The notes under the pieces are model-generated. The model was not told the origin of the DNA. It worked only from the letters and a program-made list of their open reading frames with translations, and ran no database searches. Positions 58,077 through 64,000 of a stretch of DNA of 64,000 bases are shown in pieces. The DNA is taken from positions 262,286-326,285 of the forward strand of contig JBDSQB010000002.1 in NCBI GenBank assembly GCA_039930045.1. The letters run 5' to 3'. Source of the DNA: Chthoniobacterales bacterium. GTDB lineage: Bacteria; Verrucomicrobiota; Verrucomicrobiia; Chthoniobacterales; DASVRZ01. The stretch's first letter is position 1. Each line of letters opens with the position of its first letter. The position numbers were made by a program, and so were the translations under genes.

Positions 58077-58754
58077 ATGCCTGCCCATCTCGTAGCTGAA
58101 AACCTCCGTCGCTCGTTTAAGATCGGGGCGCGCAAGATCGACGTTCTGCGCGGTATCTCGCTGGAGATCGAGCGCGGCGAATCCGTCTTCCTCGTCGGCG
58201 CATCGGGCGCGGGAAAAACCACCTTGCTCTACACCCTGGCTGGGTTGGAGCGTCCTGAAGCTGGCACGGTCGCGCTCGACGGCACGCCGCTCTACAAGGG
58301 TAGCGAATCCGCCCTGGCCCAGCTCAGAAACGAAAAAATGGGCTTCGTTTTCCAGAGCTATTTTCTGCTGCCCGAGCTGACTGCACTGGAAAACGTCCTT
58401 GTTCCAGCCATGATCCTCGGCACGGCACGCCAGGCTGCCGCCCAGGAACGCGCCATTTCCCTGCTCGAAACCGTGGGCCTCGCCGACCGGCACGCGCATT
58501 TGCCGACCGAGCTTTCCGGCGGCGAACAGCAGCGCGTGGCCATCGCCCGCGCCCTCATCAACGACCCCGGCATCCTCTTCGCCGACGAGCCGACGGGCAA
58601 TCTCGACTCCTCCACCGGCGGCGGAATCATGGATTTACTGCTTGCCCTCGTCCGCGAACGCGCCAAAACATTAGTAGTCGTCACCCATGACGCGCGGCTC
58701 GCAGCCCTCGGCGATCGTCGGCTCGAAGTGGTCGATGGCCTGCTGCAATCCTAA
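58077..58754 (+). CDS. ABC transporter ATP-binding protein (LolD/FtsE-like)
   Basis: [36 protein letters not shown]. No cognate permease adjacent. Confidence 0.88.
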   Translation: MPAHLVAENLRRSFKIGARKIDVLRGISLEIERGESVFLVGASGAGKTTLLYTLAGLERPEAGTVALDGTPLYKGSESALAQLRNEKMGFVFQSYFLLPELTALENVLVPAMILGTARQAAAQERAISLLETVGLADRHAHLPTELSGGEQQRVAIARALINDPGILFADEPTGNLDSSTGGGIMDLLLALVRERAKTLVVVTHDARLAALGDRRLEVVDGLLQS

Positions 58755-58784
58755 GACCATTTCGGACAATCCATCGCAACTCCC

Positions 58785-59657
58785 ATGAAAATCTATCTCG
58801 ACGGCCAGTTTCTCGATCAGGAAAACGCCAAAATCTCCGTGTTCGACCACGGCCTGCTCTACGGCGACGGCGTTTTCGAGGGCATCCGCTTTTATAATGG
58901 ACGCGTCTTCCGCCTGGACGAACACATCGACCGCTTGTTCGATTCTGCCCGCGCGATCCTGTTGACGATTCCCGAGAGCCGCGAGGAACTCATCGAGCAC
59001 ACGCTGGAAACCATTCGCCAAAACGGCCTCCGCGACGGCTACATTCGGCTCGTAGTCACCCGTGGCGTCGGCAGTCTCGGGCTAAGCCCGAGCCTTTGTC
59101 CGAAAGCCAGCCTCTTCATCATCAGCGCCGCGATCAGCCTTTACCCTGCCGAGGCGTATGAAAAAGGATTGATCGTCGTGACCACTTCCACTCGCCGGAT
59201 TGGCTCCGCCTCACTGCCGCCGACGGTGAAATCGCTCAATTACCTGAACAACATCCTCGCCAAGATCGAGGCCAACCAGGCTGGCGCGGGCGAGGGCCTG
59301 ATGCTGAACGAGCAGGGCTACGTCGCCGAATGCACCGGAGACAACATTTTTGCGATCAAGAACGGAAAAATCATCACCCCGGCAGCCAGTGCGGGCGCGC
59401 TCTGCGGCATCACACGGCAGGCGGCGATCGAAATTTGCGGCGAGTTTGATATCACTGTCACCGAGCCACAAATGACGCGTTATGACCTCTACACGGCGGA
59501 CGAAATTTTCCTTACGGGCACGGCGGCCGAGGTCATTCCCGTGATCAAGCTGGACTCGCGCCCCATTGGCGACGGCACTCCGGGCCCGATCACGAAGCGA
59601 CTCATCACGCGTTTCCGCGAATTGGCCAATTCGACTGGAACTCCGATCTATGCGTAG
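58785..59657 (+). CDS. ilvE: Branched-chain amino acid aminotransferase (class IV)
   Basis: DHGLLYGDGVFEGIR, the SLNYLNN region around the PLP lysine, and EIFLTGTAAEV. Confidence 0.9.
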   Translation: MKIYLDGQFLDQENAKISVFDHGLLYGDGVFEGIRFYNGRVFRLDEHIDRLFDSARAILLTIPESREELIEHTLETIRQNGLRDGYIRLVVTRGVGSLGLSPSLCPKASLFIISAAISLYPAEAYEKGLIVVTTSTRRIGSASLPPTVKSLNYLNNILAKIEANQAGAGEGLMLNEQGYVAECTGDNIFAIKNGKIITPAASAGALCGITRQAAIEICGEFDITVTEPQMTRYDLYTADEIFLTGTAAEVIPVIKLDSRPIGDGTPGPITKRLITRFRELANSTGTPIYA

Positions 59658-59666
59658 TCGCTGAGG

Positions 59667-59750
59667 CGATATTCAGAACCGATGGAACGCTATTCTGTGT
59701 CGCTTTGACGCTATTTCGAGTGGATGCAGCGATATTCCGAGCTGATTTCG
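59667..59750. repeat. Four tandem degenerate 21-bp units (core CGMTATTY) plus a weaker fifth unit
   Basis: CGATATTC at 59667, CGCTATTC at 59688, CGCTATTT at 59709, CGATATTC at 59730. Exact 21-bp phasing in the ilvE-glgP intergenic region. Confidence 0.8.
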
Positions 59751-59850
59751 CTTAAATCGGAGGCGTCGAGTCGGGATCTTTCGATAAATATGGAACCGAA
59801 AACGCATTTTTTCCTTACCCCGGCGCAAAATTTTCCCTAATCAGGTCGGC

Positions 59851-62313
<2,463 letters not shown>

Positions 62314-62375
62314 GTCGGCTGAGCGCAGGGAAATCAGTTGAACATTCCCCCGCTTCAACGACTCTACCATCACTG

Positions 62376-62771
62376 ATGACCGCCAAACTGGGACAACTCG
62401 CGAAAGCATTCGTCGTCCTGCTCTGCCTGATTTCCTGGCTGGAGATCACCAACCATTGCGCGCTGGCGTCCCTCGCATCGACTCCTCACGAGGCTGAAAG
62501 CTGCTGCACCAAGTCGGAGAAAAAACAGCCCGCCAGCACCGCCTGCTGCCAAACGCTTCAGACTACGGAGCAAGCCAGCATTTCCGTGCCGCTGCAATCA
62601 GTCGTTCCACTGCCGGACGTGATGTTCAGCTTTATCGACCTCATTCTTCCCGTGGCGGACGAGACACTCGCCGGCCGCATCCACATGGGCGATCCGCCGG
62701 GAGTTAGGCTCGCATCTTGTCTCGATCTGGAGCGTTGCCATCCGGCCTTCGCTCCCCCGTATTTCAGCTAA
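62376..62771 (+). CDS. Hypothetical small membrane-anchored Cys-rich protein
   Basis: 131-aa ORF with N-terminal hydrophobic segment, an HC motif and two CC pairs (ESCCTKSEKKQPASTACCQ). Sits directly upstream of metal-handling genes. Coding status not independently supported. Confidence 0.5.
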   Translation: MTAKLGQLAKAFVVLLCLISWLEITNHCALASLASTPHEAESCCTKSEKKQPASTACCQTLQTTEQASISVPLQSVVPLPDVMFSFIDLILPVADETLAGRIHMGDPPGVRLASCLDLERCHPAFAPPYFS

Positions 62772-62908
62772 CGACCTCCTCTCGTTCTCACGAGATTTTC
62801 AGGTCGTTATTGCCTTCATCGCCACGCCACTTGAGCGCTGCGCATCCCTTTGGATTCTGCGTCCTGTGCGCATATCCAGCCATCCCAACAAGAAACAAAT
62901 ATCAAACT

Positions 62909-63178
62909 ATGAACATCACCAAACTCATCCTCAGTCTCGCTTCACTGGCCGTAGTCACCAGCAGCGCCTCGCTTCGTGCGGAGGAACCACCCGCCAGTTA
63001 CCCGCTCACCAAGTGCGTCGTCTCCGACGAAAAACTCGGCGAGCATGGGAAACCCGTCAAAGTTACCCAAGACGGCATCGACGTCTATCTCTGCTGCAAA
63101 ATGTGCAAGAAAGACTTCGCCAAAAATCCGGGCAAATACACCAAGATGGTGACGGAAGCTGCCGCCGCGAAGAAATAA
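62909..63178 (+). CDS. Secreted YHS/TRASH-like metal-binding protein
   Basis: Signal peptide MNITKLILSLASLAVVTSSASLRA. VYLCCKMCKKDFAKNPGKY resembles the YHS/TRASH pattern (YyFCs..Ck..F..nP.kY). Start taken at the internal ATG at 62909. Confidence 0.6.
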   Translation: MNITKLILSLASLAVVTSSASLRAEEPPASYPLTKCVVSDEKLGEHGKPVKVTQDGIDVYLCCKMCKKDFAKNPGKYTKMVTEAAAAKK

Positions 63179-63232
63179 ATAGCCTCCGGCGGTGTGCCAG
63201 CTCAGACACGCCGCCGGTCACCTTACCCATCT

Positions 63233-64000
63233 ATGAAAAAGCTCACTCTGATTCGCGTTTTACTCGCCTGTATTTTGATCGTTGGCTGGAACGTAGGCTG
63301 TCAGAAGACGAGCCCGGCCAGCCCGCCCAACACCCAGAAAGTCTCTCACTACCAATGCAGCATGCATCCGTGGATACGCTCCGATCATCCAGGCAAATGC
63401 ACTATTTGCGGAATGGACTTGGTTCCTGTGTTTGCCAATCAGTCCCAACCGAAGAAAACCAATTTCGTCATGCTCCCTGAAGGCGCGCCACAGGCGAGTT
63501 CCATTCGAACGGCGGAAGTTCGGCGGCAGAAGCTGATTCGCACGTTGCGATTCGCTGGAACCATCGAAGACAATGATTCGCGGCACCGGATTTTGAGTGC
63601 CTACACCGGCGGCAGAATTGAGAAATTATTCGTCAACTACGAAGGAGCCGAAGTCGAGGAGGGCCAGCCGCTCGCCTTGTTTTACAGCCGCGAATTACTC
63701 TCCGCCGCACGCGAATACGCCCTGAGTCGCAAGCAAAACAACAACCCCATTGCTTCTGTTGGTGCCACCCGCCTGCAACAATTGGGTCTCACTCAGCAAC
63801 AGATCGCCAAGATTCCAGAACGTGCGGAAAACGATCTCTATTTTGAAATTCTTGCCCCGATTACCGGCACCGTCGTTAAGCGCGCAGCTTATGAGGGTCA
63901 GTATGTCCAGGAAGGCGAAAAGCTGATGGAGATCGCCGATTTTTCCACGATGTGGCTCCAGTTTCAGGCGTATGAACAGGATCTGCCGCTGTTGAAAGTA
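63233..64000 (+). CDS. Efflux RND periplasmic adaptor, CusB-like, with N-terminal heavy-metal-binding domain (3' partial, runs off the window)
   Basis: My own translation from the ATG at 63233. Lipoprotein-like signal (LLACILIVGWNVGC). HYQCSMHPWIRSDHPGKCTICGMDL matches the HMBD pattern YxCPMHP..PGxCPxCGM. Then HlyD-type barrel/lipoyl motifs (ILAPITGTVVKR). Not in the ORF track because it has no stop in the window. Confidence 0.85.
   Translation, partial: MKKLTLIRVLLACILIVGWNVGCQKTSPASPPNTQKVSHYQCSMHPWIRSDHPGKCTICGMDLVPVFANQSQPKKTNFVMLPEGAPQASSIRTAEVRRQKLIRTLRFAGTIEDNDSRHRILSAYTGGRIEKLFVNYEGAEVEEGQPLALFYSRELLSAAREYALSRKQNNNPIASVGATRLQQLGLTQQQIAKIPERAENDLYFEILAPITGTVVKRAAYEGQYVQEGEKLMEIADFSTMWLQFQAYEQDLPLLKV

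Noticed and set aside
57906-58499. 197-aa minus-strand ORF overlapping the tRNA and the ABC ATPase gene
   Set aside because: It overlaps a confidently folded tRNA-Gln and runs antisense to a gene with canonical Walker and signature motifs. It has no motifs of its own.
59667-59771. Possible CRISPR array or minisatellite
   Set aside because: The units are only 21 bp, contiguous without spacers, and degenerate. No cas genes are present. It is better described as a phased binding-site-like repeat.
63186-63217. Inverted repeat CCGGCGG..CCGCCGG between the YHS-like gene and the cusB-like gene, considered as a terminator
   Set aside because: The stem is short and imperfect beyond 7 bp and no T-tract follows. 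It may be an attenuating hairpin, but the evidence is insufficient to call.
62866-63480. 204-aa plus-strand ORF bridging the YHS-like gene and the cusB-like gene
   Set aside because: It is out of frame with two ORFs that carry signal peptides and metal-binding motifs. Its product is Arg/Ser/His-rich and lacks features.

Overview
This is a 64-kb, roughly 58% GC chromosomal segment. Its gene content suggests a PVC-group, Verrucomicrobiota-like bacterium, but that taxon call is inference. It is densely coded, with about 60 CDS and one tRNA-Gln, and most genes are housekeeping. These include the TCA genes sucCD, gltA and acnA, plus clpC, hisF, lipA, panC, ilvE, glgP, dnaX-ybaB and arfB. Accessory content includes a 1839-aa tandem-duplicated UvrA-like protein, a three-gene PAS/hybrid-kinase phosphorelay cluster and a MacAB-type efflux operon. 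It also includes an exbB-exbD-exbD set, a lower-GC CDP-sugar modification cassette beside the tRNA, and the start of a Cu/Ag-type efflux cluster. I found no CRISPR array, transposase, integrase or recognisable defence system. The strongest unexplained signal is compositional. The reverse-complement pentamer pair GTTAG/CTAAC is packed into three discrete islands at about 21-5222, 22134-27440 and 54757-57590. Density there is about 4-6 copies per kb, against about 0.4 per kb elsewhere. The copies occur in both orientations and both allowed codon phases, and the island borders do not follow gene borders. Other items are a 21-bp phased repeat array upstream of glgP, a ~115-bp near-perfect palindrome inside the efflux operon, a shared 15-27 nt intergenic motif at two loci, and several unusual protein architectures. 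All counts were made by eye, and all family assignments come from motifs recalled from memory. Both need computational confirmation.
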